DNA of 64,000 nt from a virus (taxonomy: Duplodnaviria; Caudoviricetes): IMG/VR virus record IMGVR_UViG_3300011008_000999. One strand, given 5' to 3'. The translations under genes and the position numbers were made by a program. The notes beneath the pieces are model-generated. The model was not told the DNA's origin, ran no database searches, and saw only the letters and a list, made by a program, of their open reading frames with translations. Below are positions 51,188 to 60,672 of this stretch, piece after piece (the first letter of the stretch is position 1; each line of letters opens with the position of its first letter).

Positions 51188-51733
51188 TTATGTATAGTTC
51201 ACTAATTTTTCATCAAGTTTCTTTTTATCCGCAATTGATCCATATAGACCTATGCAAATCGCATCAGCTGTATCATTATCCTTGATGATCTCATCACCTT
51301 TCTTTGGATGATGTACTACAATATCTAAATTTACTTGAGGATATTTTGATTCTATAAATGCAACTGCATCTTCTTTCTTTGCTGATCTATTACCTAGTAC
51401 TTTACTTTTCCAAGATTGTACATGTACAGCACTTATAGAAATCTTATCTGAGAATTCATTTATTATAGTCGCTTGTAAGAATGCCATACTTACAATATTA
51501 TACATTCTAGATACACCTTTATAGAATGCAATTTCCTCAAATAATAAATAGTCGTTTTTAGTCAGTTTGTACTTTTTAATGTACTCATTAATTTGTTTAA
51601 TGATTTTCTTTCTATGATGCCAGGCGGATTCAGAATCTGCATAATTCAATCTACTCCAGTCAAGTAGTTCTTCACCTCGCATGACACAGATAGAATTACG
51701 AGTTTTATTGCCTAAATCTATGCCTATAATCAT
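51188..51733 (-). CDS. RuvC-like Holliday junction resolvase
   Basis: IIGIDLG, LFEE, SWKSKVLG...AKKED, DTADAICIG. Confidence 0.8.
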   Translation of the reverse strand: MIIGIDLGNKTRNSICVMRGEELLDWSRLNYADSESAWHHRKKIIKQINEYIKKYKLTKNDYLLFEEIAFYKGVSRMYNIVSMAFLQATIINEFSDKISISAVHVQSWKSKVLGNRSAKKEDAVAFIESKYPQVNLDIVVHHPKKGDEIIKDNDTADAICIGLYGSIADKKKLDEKLVNYT

Positions 51734-51947
51734 AATTAACCTCTTTCAATCTTTATAATATGTCCATCTTTATCAATATAAGGACTAATTTTGTTCATAA
51801 TAATTTCCCTATAAAAAGTTAGTTTTAGAAATATTAAATACTTTACAATATTCATTTACAAGTTTTTCAAGTTCAGGATCGTTTTGTATCATAATTTTAC
51901 CTCATATAGAAAGAGGGTACTCATTTCTGAATACCCTCTTAATTTAA

Positions 51948-53351
51948 TTACTTCATACGTTTAATGGCTTCCTCAGCAAGAGGACTTCTTACACACTGAT
52001 CAGGCTCAAAGCGAATGATCGCACATAACGGACTACCTTTCATACAGTCTTTTGCATAAACCAAACCATTATTTCTCTTATCAAGCTTAGTATTATCAAC
52101 CTGTGAAGGATCTCCAGCAATAATTACTTTTGTATTCTGACAAGGTCTTGTAACTACATCTTTAATAAGATTCTTAGAAGCATTCTGCGCTTCATCACAG
52201 ATAAGATATGCATTGTTAATTGAACGACCTCTAATAGAATAAAGAGGACATAATTCAATATATCTATCATACATCATATCTTCAATGACTCTTCTTGTAT
52301 CTGCAATAGGTGTGTCTTTATCTCCAAGAATAACTTCGAGGTTATCCATATAAGATGCAACCATAGGACCCATCTTTTCCTCAAGTGTACCAGGTAAGTA
52401 ACCAAAGTCCGCATCAGACGTATTAGCATTAGGTCTAGAAATTAGAATTCTATTATAGATTTCCTGTGTATCATTATCTGACTTCTTTTTGCTAATACCT
52501 AACTGATGTAATCCACACGCCAATGATGCAAATGTTTTAGATGTACCTGCAGGTCCTTCTAGAATAACTAAAGGAATATCAGGATTAGTTAATGCCCACA
52601 TTGCGTATGTTTGCATCTTATTAAGTGGATGAATATTTCCATGTACAATAATATCATTGATCTGTTTAATAAGACCTTTCTGATATACTGTAAGTACACA
52701 TTTATCACCACATGTAATAGTTACAAACTGATTTTCATATAATGGATATTCTAATTTTCCAATTTCATCAATCAATTCTGCTTCTATTTGATGCTTCTTA
52801 TAAATTTCATCTATAATAGTCCAATCTGCAATTTCAAGATTTAAGTGACCTGAATATCCAATATACTCAATCTCTTCACTTTTTATAGTATCAGCATTAA
52901 CATCACATATAAGTGAATTAATAAAACATCCAGTATCATTTGTGAGAAGAGTAACTGGACTATCTTTAAGATAGTTCTTATTCATATGTACGCAAGAAGA
53001 AATTATTCTATTGTCTGGAACCGATATATCGTATCCTTTAGGAAGATTAGAAACATCAACTCCGTCTGGTTCAAAGAATAATTTTCCACCATTAGGAAGA
53101 TCAATTCCTTGATCTCTTACAATTTTAATTCTTTCTTCTTTAGGTACATTGTCAATTGCATCTTTAATTAAATTAGCAATGATACGAAGAGCTTCTCTAG
53201 CATTATAACCAGGCTCTCCTTTATCTCTCTTATGTGCATCTAATTCCTGAATAACTGTACCACAAAGACGAACATTATTATCCTCGAAATTAAAAATAGC
53301 ATTAGGATTGGACATCAAAATATTGGTGTCAAGTAAATAATTCTTTACCAA
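51948..53351 (-). CDS. phoH: PIN-PhoH protein (PhoH2)
   Basis: LLDTNIL..ELD..PDNRI..LLTND; GPAGTSKT, GYLPG.LEEKM, IRGRS, DEAQN, GDPSQVD. Confidence 0.93.
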   Translation of the reverse strand: MVKNYLLDTNILMSNPNAIFNFEDNNVRLCGTVIQELDAHKRDKGEPGYNAREALRIIANLIKDAIDNVPKEERIKIVRDQGIDLPNGGKLFFEPDGVDVSNLPKGYDISVPDNRIISSCVHMNKNYLKDSPVTLLTNDTGCFINSLICDVNADTIKSEEIEYIGYSGHLNLEIADWTIIDEIYKKHQIEAELIDEIGKLEYPLYENQFVTITCGDKCVLTVYQKGLIKQINDIIVHGNIHPLNKMQTYAMWALTNPDIPLVILEGPAGTSKTFASLACGLHQLGISKKKSDNDTQEIYNRILISRPNANTSDADFGYLPGTLEEKMGPMVASYMDNLEVILGDKDTPIADTRRVIEDMMYDRYIELCPLYSIRGRSINNAYLICDEAQNASKNLIKDVVTRPCQNTKVIIAGDPSQVDNTKLDKRNNGLVYAKDCMKGSPLCAIIRFEPDQCVRSPLAEEAIKRMK

Positions 53352-53365
53352 TGTTATTATCTCCT

Positions 53366-54031
53366 TTAGATTATCTCATCTATATCGCAATCTTCACCGA
53401 CTATACAATCTACTACTCCAACTTCCTTAGCCTTTTTAGGGAGGAAATACCATTCAACTCTATATTTTTCATCATAGAGCTCAGGAGTAATTTTTGTATG
53501 GTTTATAATATGGTCTTTAGTAATTGCTTCAAGTTCGCCTAATTCAAAATCCATTCGATCTTTCATTTTTGCGGTTGAACCGTATGCACCATTTGAACCA
53601 TCATGCATTAAAAACTCTGCATGTGGCATAGCGAATCTTTTCTGACCTGCAATAAAAATGAGAAATCCCATACTATAACACATTGCCTGATTTATTGTAT
53701 AAACAGGTGTCTTGCTAGTAAGAATTGCATCGATTAAACCATAACCTGGACAAACTTCACCACCTGGGCTATTAATGTAAAGTTTAATCGGTACTCGGTC
53801 TTCAATAGGTTTGCCTTTATCTTGTCTGTTATATCTTAAGATATGCCAAACTATAGACTCGATAACCTCGTCATCGATACCAAAGTTAATATATAGTCGT
53901 CTACCTTCAAGTTCTTCAATATCAAAGGTATCTTCTATACAAAGATTAACTACGCTTTTTGCCTCCTCGTTTTTATTAGTTTTAGGTGTCGGCGTCTTAG
54001 CGCTGGCCTTGGTTGTTGTGTTTTCTGCCAT
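53366..54031 (-). CDS. clpP: ClpP-like protease subunit
   Basis: IKLYINSPGG, CYSMG, RFAMPHAEFLMH, A.EVGVVD. Confidence 0.88.
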   Translation of the reverse strand: MAENTTTKASAKTPTPKTNKNEEAKSVVNLCIEDTFDIEELEGRRLYINFGIDDEVIESIVWHILRYNRQDKGKPIEDRVPIKLYINSPGGEVCPGYGLIDAILTSKTPVYTINQAMCYSMGFLIFIAGQKRFAMPHAEFLMHDGSNGAYGSTAKMKDRMDFELGELEAITKDHIINHTKITPELYDEKYRVEWYFLPKKAKEVGVVDCIVGEDCDIDEII

Positions 54032-54582
54032 AACATGTTTCCTTTCATGATTTTTTATTAGATAGTCTTTCGACTTAATCTACATCTTTTACGTCAAATT
54101 CATCAAAGAAATGAACCATAAACCACTCATGCGAGTCACTTATAATATCTTCATACTCTTTTTTAGTAAGCGTTGTTTCTATATTCTTTTTTGCCAATAC
54201 GTTAAAGCATACATCACTTACAGCATTATAATATTTTGATCTGAACTCACTCTTAATTTCTTGTTTTTGCTCGTCTGTCATGATAATACCTCCTATAAGT
54301 CTAAATGAAAATACTTAATAAGTACATTAGTAATTCTATTCCAAGAGTCTACAGTAAGTTTAGCACCTTTAATAGTCTCACCGGTAACACCATCACAGAT
54401 AGCATCGTCATCAAAATAAAATGGATTATCAGCATCTATTTTATCACCAAACTTTTGCAGAAATTTCTCTTTATACTCCAACTGATTTTCATAATTCGAA
54501 ATTTCATCTGAGAAAATATTTAATACGACTTTCATATAGTTCCTCCTTTAGTAATAATTTACTGATAATCCATTTATGTAGT

Positions 54583-55095
54583 TTACTTAAAATCAGGCTT
54601 AAATCCAACAAACTTGTTACCACTGTATTCCTGTTCAGCGAGCTTACCTGTAGCAGTGTAATAATTTCCAGTTTTCTGAGATACAGCTTGAAACTTAATA
54701 GTCTGTCCTGCAAGAAGAGCTGCTACTTCTTCATCTGTGAATCGGTGTTCACTCCAAACTCTCTTAGGATTAACCTCTTTTCCATTCCATGTACCAGAAA
54801 ATCTTTCTACATCATCCTTAGGTTTCTCGTCAAATACTAACTGGAATCCAAGATACTCATGCTCATTACCTTCATCATCAGTAAACTTTTGAATATCAAG
54901 CTTACCTTTTGCCTTGTAAGGCTTACCTGCTTTAGATATTGCATCAAACTCTATAGTTTCTTCATTAAAGAGCTTGGCACATTCTTCAGCGGTAAACTCA
55001 TGACCTTCCCAATTAGGATTCTTACCCCATAACTTTTTAATACTATAAGGATTACCTTTCCAGGTACCATTTACTTTTTCTACTGCTTCGCTCAT
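54583..55095 (-). CDS. Stand-alone protein of two topoisomerase-C-terminal-type repeats
   Basis: 2x GTW.G....K..W..H.FT.EE.A.L....TI.F.A.S.K.G..Y.A.GKL..Q.(F/Y).G....GF. Confidence 0.7.
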   Translation of the reverse strand: MSEAVEKVNGTWKGNPYSIKKLWGKNPNWEGHEFTAEECAKLFNEETIEFDAISKAGKPYKAKGKLDIQKFTDDEGNEHEYLGFQLVFDEKPKDDVERFSGTWNGKEVNPKRVWSEHRFTDEEVAALLAGQTIKFQAVSQKTGNYYTATGKLAEQEYSGNKFVGFKPDFK

Positions 55096-55311
55096 AATCT
55101 AAATTCCTTTCTAGAACAATTACATTGTTATAATTAAATAGTCTTTATTTTTCACGTTCCTTAAAGTGTTTACAAGCAGTCTGACCAAAGAAAGAAATAT
55201 GTTTTCCAACTAGATCAGACTTTAGACATACACAAGTGAATTTACAATTATACTGACAATCTCTACAATTCTTCCGTTTTATCGTTTTTGCCTTCATGAT
55301 TATTTACCTTT

Positions 55312-57003
55312 TTACATAGATGCAATGATTTTCTTATACTCATCGTCATCTGGAATTAGACTAGGCTGATTATTCCAATCAGTGATCCATATAATAGATC
55401 TATCTAAACACTCTTCTTTAGTTCTATTTGGATTATACTTATAGATAAGTTTAGCGTACATCTTAATATCTGAACGTCTATTTCTACAATCAGCTAATCT
55501 TTCCCATGCGGCATAATCATCAGATTTAAGCTCGTCTCGCCAATCGTCATTCCACTTTTCATCCATAGTATTACCTCTCTTATCTATCCTTAATATTTAC
55601 TTCTAATTTGTTCTTTACATTCTTCGCATATATGACCAGTTACATTAGCGTACATTTTATTAAGTTCATATGTCTTTTTGCATCCAGTACAAACACAAGC
55701 GTCTTTAAGAGCTTCATCAATAATTGTACTTAACTGTAAATGATGTTTATTATCTATAGTTGTTAAATAACCTTGAGCACCATATTCAGGTCCATCAAAA
55801 CAAATATATACACCAATATCAGTTCTTCCAGGTCTACATACTAAAGCAATTCCATACCATTCTTCATTAGTCTTTTTCTGAAACTGTGGTATAGGAATTA
55901 CAATTTGATCATCTTTTACAAAATCACATTTATAATTGTTTAGTTCAGCCAACAGATACCTCATATCTGGGCGACTATCGATATCTACCATAAGATTATC
56001 CTCCATTTCTACATATAACTCTGTCAAAATACTTAGGCACGTTTTGTAAGTCTTTATTCCTAATAGTGATTTCCAATAAAATATCAGCTTCAAGATTATG
56101 CACTTTAGCTAAATATTCATAATATCTTGTTATTTCATTTACTAATGAAAATACATCTTGATCCCACTCTTCTGCAACCCATAGAATAGCAATAGTGGCA
56201 TCGTCATAATATACAGACTCTACATAATAATCTCTTAATCCATAAGGTATATTACAGATGTTAACTGCATCTTTTTGTTCAGGTGGCATTTTATTACTAT
56301 ATTTTGGTCCATTGATCTTAATATCACAGAACTCTCTTATAAAACTACTTGCTTTCATCATGGACCTCCTTTAGCTTTTCTTTGAAATTTATATATTCAT
56401 ACATTGTTATTCCTAAACTATCTATTGTATGTGAATAAAATGTACTATCTGCATATTTAATAAAGTCATCAGTAAATCGACGACCATCACAACATATTTG
56501 TCTGACATATTGTCTATTTTCTTTTGTGTTTGATTTTCTTAATAATTTTAACGTATTTTTAGTCGCTATATACATTGGTAGACTACGTGTATCAAAAAAC
56601 ATTAGTGAAAGTGGTCGGCTAAAAAACAATACAACACATATAATTAAAACTGTTATGCATGCTAATACCGACTGCACATTGTTCACTTCCTCTCTATATA
56701 TTTTCTAGTAGTAAAGTCTATACAATCACGAACTATTCTATTATAGAGTAATTCATCATAAGATTTAAAAGTACTCCATTTATATGGATGCTCATTAAAC
56801 TTAGCTTTACCTGTGATATCATAGTAGTCTTTATCTATTTTGCAGATAAAATGATTTTCAATTGGCAAGTAATATATCTCACCATTAAAGTGTTCTTTTA
56901 AAATCACTGCGAAATAATAACAATTACCATGCAGAAATAGGTCTTCAACCTCACTTGCATGGCAAAACTTAAACTTCTTTATGAATTTTTCAACATTATC
57001 CAT
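55312..57003 (-). other. Run of small hypothetical genes
   Basis: ORFs 55312-55566, 55590-~56000, 55996-56361, 56345-56686, 56683-57003. Confidence 0.6.
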
Positions 57004-57011
57004 ACTATCCT

Positions 57012-57452
57012 CTACTGTACACTATCTAACAGTTGAGTAGGAGATAAGAACATTAAACAAGGAAAATTTCGTACAATACCAAATATGATTAAGGTGGATA
57101 AGAATATTCCAATAAACCATATAGTGAATTTTGACCATTTACCTCTGAATACATAGAATATATTTTGATATAAGTAAACCAATATAACAATTGGCCACAT
57201 AATAAATACATAAGGATTCCATCTAAATGCTTGATATAAGTCATGATCGTAAAGTACACTTTCTATAAGTCGAGTTGTACCACAGCCAGGACAATTAACT
57301 TCAAAATGCTGATGGATAGGACACTGGATCCTATAACCTATATGCCATTCTATAATTACAAAAGCAATACATATACAAACTATAAAGATATTTATAAGTA
57401 AGACCAGCTGGATTCTATCCACACTGGTCTTCTTGGAGGAGGGTCTATTCAT
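57012..57452 (-). CDS. DUF2752 membrane protein
   Basis: CP......CPGCGTTR........YQAFRWNP...FGIVRN. Confidence 0.85.
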   Translation of the reverse strand: MNRPSSKKTSVDRIQLVLLINIFIVCICIAFVIIEWHIGYRIQCPIHQHFEVNCPGCGTTRLIESVLYDHDLYQAFRWNPYVFIMWPIVILVYLYQNIFYVFRGKWSKFTIWFIGIFLSTLIIFGIVRNFPCLMFLSPTQLLDSVQ

Positions 57453-57800
57453 TTGATAATTCCTTAATTATTTGCGTACATTCCAGCACCTGCAAGAATA
57501 ATGTTGTACATATACTGCAGAAGTGCGATGCTGTCACCTCTGAAATTCTGGATCTTAGCGATTATCTTCTTCTGATAAGCAGTTGCCTCAACATAAGTAT
57601 TCACAAAGACAATCAGCTGAGTTTTCTTTTCTGCCATTGAAATAGTTTCATCAAGGCAAATCTGATCGAAATTCTTATGATATTCCTCAAGAGTAAAGGC
57701 AATTGAACCTTCAACCTTAGTAAAATCCACTGCGTTGTTCTTTTTCTCGTTAATTTTCTTTGCCATGTAAAATACCTCCACGTATTTTTATTATGATATA

Positions 57801-57833
57801 ATTATAACATGACAAAGTCAACTTGTAAATAGT
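57801..57833 (-). promoter_or_regulatory. Conserved promoter ACTATTTACA-N17-TATAAT driving 57464-57781
   Basis: Consensus motif. Confidence 0.85.
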
Positions 57834-57891
57834 TTTTAGAAAATTTTTTCAAAAATTTTAGTTACTTTGATATAATAAATATACACATTTA

Positions 57892-58353
57892 TTATACCTC
57901 CTCAAATTTCTGCTCTTTACGATTATCGATCTCAGCATGCTCACCACTAAAGTCAATAACTGTAGTAGAGTTCATGTTATCGAGATCAATTTCTCCTTCA
58001 AGTTTTACGTCATCAGCAACCTGTGACGTCATTCCACTATAACCTAAATCATCAAGACCACGTTGTTTGAAATATGTCTCTGTAATCCATTTCTGTTGTT
58101 CAAAATAATATTGAACACGAGAAATCTGACCTTGCATCTTAGTTATACCTGCACCTTTATGAGTACCATCTACAGTAGTACCAAGTGTCGAACCAAGAGC
58201 CATCATTGATGCAGTCTGTTCCAAACGTCCAGCAACGATCTAAATACGAGCAGCACAATTATGGGTAAAGATCATTTTCTTATCCATTGTTGTTCCACTC
58301 TTATTTAGATCACCTCCTTTACGTTTAAAAACTTTTTCTAAAATATTTAACAT
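57892..58353 (-). CDS. FtsK-like ATPase C-terminal fragment preceded by an intein-C remnant; in-frame TAG at 58240-58242
   Basis: RBS GGAGG + MLNILEKVFKRKGGDLNKSGTTMDKKMIFTHN|CAARI*IVAGRLEQTASMMALG...KGAG...RVQYYF; continues the FtsK fold where 45665-46060 stops. Confidence 0.75.
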
Positions 58354-58363
58354 AATTTTCCTC

Positions 58364-59227
58364 CTATAATAATTTTCCTGCTCCATATACATGATAATTT
58401 CTTTCACTAGTATGTATTAAAACAGGCTTTGGAATCTTTCCAAAATTGTTTTTATTGAAATCCTTTTCATTATATAAGTCAATTCCATTTAATAAAGAAT
58501 TTAACTTATAAATCTGTATATTAAAATCTTCAAATTCATATATGTGTATAAGTCGTATATCTTTATTTCTGCACATAATTGATTTTCGTAAATGATAATC
58601 TTTAGCTATTCCAGCTTCTAATGAATGATACCAGGTTCCATTATACTCTACTGCAAGCGTTAATTCTGGAAAATATAAATCTAATTCTAATGGTGATATT
58701 ACTGTTTTTGTATTTTCAAATACCTTTCCATTATAATTGATATATTTTAGAATATTCTTTTCCTTATGACTTCTTCCACTTATAGGTGTATATTTGAATG
58801 ACTTAATAATATCGAGATATTTATTATCTACATATTGGTACATCTTTGATACACGTATAATTGGAATATCAAGTCTTTGCCAATCACGTCCATATAAATC
58901 AATTAACTTTACAATATGCGTACAATTATTTGATTTTTCAAATTCATCTATTATTTGATGCTTAGTTTTCCATTGATTTAAATGATCCACTTTACTAAAA
59001 TTGCTTTGGGCAATAACTTGACACCTTTTACAACAATACGTATTATATCCTCTATCCATTCCATAGAAGTTAGTTGGTCTATTACATACGAGACATATTC
59101 CTTCATTTGATTGTTTCATGTATTTATCATAATACGAATGTTTATCTAAATTATGATAACTAGTAATATGTTTACTTAATGGTTGAATATTTTTATATTC
59201 TTTACCACATATATTACATTTTACCAT
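58364..59227 (-). CDS. Free-standing Vsr-like homing endonuclease
   Basis: CNICG..LSKHI..H, YYDKY...EGIC, ELDLYFPELTLAVEYNGTWYHS, IRLIHIYEFED. Confidence 0.82.
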   Translation of the reverse strand: MVKCNICGKEYKNIQPLSKHITSYHNLDKHSYYDKYMKQSNEGICLVCNRPTNFYGMDRGYNTYCCKRCQVIAQSNFSKVDHLNQWKTKHQIIDEFEKSNNCTHIVKLIDLYGRDWQRLDIPIIRVSKMYQYVDNKYLDIIKSFKYTPISGRSHKEKNILKYINYNGKVFENTKTVISPLELDLYFPELTLAVEYNGTWYHSLEAGIAKDYHLRKSIMCRNKDIRLIHIYEFEDFNIQIYKLNSLLNGIDLYNEKDFNKNNFGKIPKPVLIHTSERNYHVYGAGKLL

Positions 59228-59326
59228 ACAATCGCTTCCTTAGTGTAAAAACCATATTTTTAGACGTGGTCTGCTTAGGTTTTATTCTTTTTAATAGTCT
59301 CATAATAATTTCCTCACAATTTCTTT

Positions 59327-59758
59327 TTACTCCTTATTGGTAGGATATTTAACTGCACTATTTCTCTGAAGTCTATCACAGAAATCAAGAAATGCTTCCT
59401 TATCTTCTGGATTAGAGAAAGGAACGGTAAATGTAAGTGTGCCATGTCCTTCAATAGTTCTATCCGGCTCAATCTTAAGTAAGAGCTTACCTGTGTTATC
59501 ATATACACTAAAGTTCTTTGCTTCGGTCTTGTAATTCGGATTGTTAGCATAAACTTCATTATCTTCTAACATGTCAGGTAAGTAATCAGGTAAATTACGA
59601 TTAACTTCTTCCTGAGCCTCTTTCTGAGTCATGCCATCAATTTCTACATTCACAGGAATCTGCTGAAGCTCACCCATAAGTTCAACAACCATTCCATTTG
59701 CAGCATCAGCATTTAATGCAATGTCAATATATTTTGCTAATACTTCTCTTGAATACAT
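59327..59758 (-). CDS. Hypothetical protein
   Basis: RBS AGGAGG before MYSREV. Confidence 0.65.
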   Translation of the reverse strand: MYSREVLAKYIDIALNADAANGMVVELMGELQQIPVNVEIDGMTQKEAQEEVNRNLPDYLPDMLEDNEVYANNPNYKTEAKNFSVYDNTGKLLLKIEPDRTIEGHGTLTFTVPFSNPEDKEAFLDFCDRLQRNSAVKYPTNKE

Positions 59759-59868
59759 ACTAAATCCTCCTTTGTGTAATAAAAACAAAGGTAAGTCAAG
59801 CTGACCTACCTTTTATTTTTCGCATCCACTATTATTATTAAATAGCTTTTTATGCGATTTAGTTATCT

Positions 59869-60120
59869 TTAATCATCATCTCTACCAATAAAGGTGAGTC
59901 CTTTTACTTCAAATAAACCTACATTTTCAAAGTGAATAGCTTTGTTTTCTGGATCTATTTTAACAATCTTGTCATGAAACATTCTACCTTGAGTGGTAAC
60001 TACATAGCATTTATCTCCAGTAATAAGATCACATCTGCCAACTGTACCAGTAACTACTATTCAAGAAGAGGTAGATAATGACAAATTACCTGATGCATAT
60101 CCACAAAAATATTTGTTCAT
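59869..60120 (-). pseudogene. Small ORF with in-frame TGA at 60061-60063; possible paralog of 43650-43955
   Basis: RBS GGAGG; frame continues to ...FEVKGLTFIGRDDD (cf. FNFKDIIFIGELED). Confidence 0.6.
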
Positions 60121-60129
60121 AATACCTCC

Positions 60130-60656
60130 TTAGTTATACCATCCAGGCTGTTCATACTTTTCTCTCATTTTTGGAAGACATTCTGGACAACATCTACCTG
60201 CAAATGAATATCTTTGCTGCTCTTTATATGGAACTGACTTTCCACATACTGGACAAGTGTCCATAGCTGCTTTAGCTTTACTTACAATATCAGATAAGCT
60301 AGATCCTTCAGGACCAATAAAGTCAGTAAGTTTTTCTGCTATAATTTTTAATTCAGCCTTTAGCTCTCTAGCAGAATATACACGCTTATCTACGCCTAAT
60401 TTCTTTGAACTAATTCTAACGCACAAATTACTATAATCTGCATAATCTGGATAGTCAACAGTAATTTCAATTGATGTTTTGAATATACTATATGTTATTG
60501 TACCACTAAAACATCCCAAGCACCTGGATCATTGTCATAATCTAAATGTCTTAAACTACCTTTACCATCTATATCAACATTAAATGGACCATCTGCACGA
60601 TTTGTAAAATCTACAACATATTTAGCTAGTCTAACTGTAGTATCAAAATTTCCCAT
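60130..60656 (-). pseudogene. Zn-ribbon protein with a 1-nt frameshift near 60515
   Basis: RBS + MGNFDTT...DNDPGAW joins GCFSGT...CPVCG...CCPEC if one G is added to TGGGA. Confidence 0.65.
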
Positions 60657-60672
60657 AGGTATTCTCCTTTTA

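Noticed and set aside
60067-60096. Similarity (atgacaaatta..cctgatg) to the ncRNA region at ~3389-3408
   Set aside because: Short, gapped, AT-rich and inside a coding frame; likely chance
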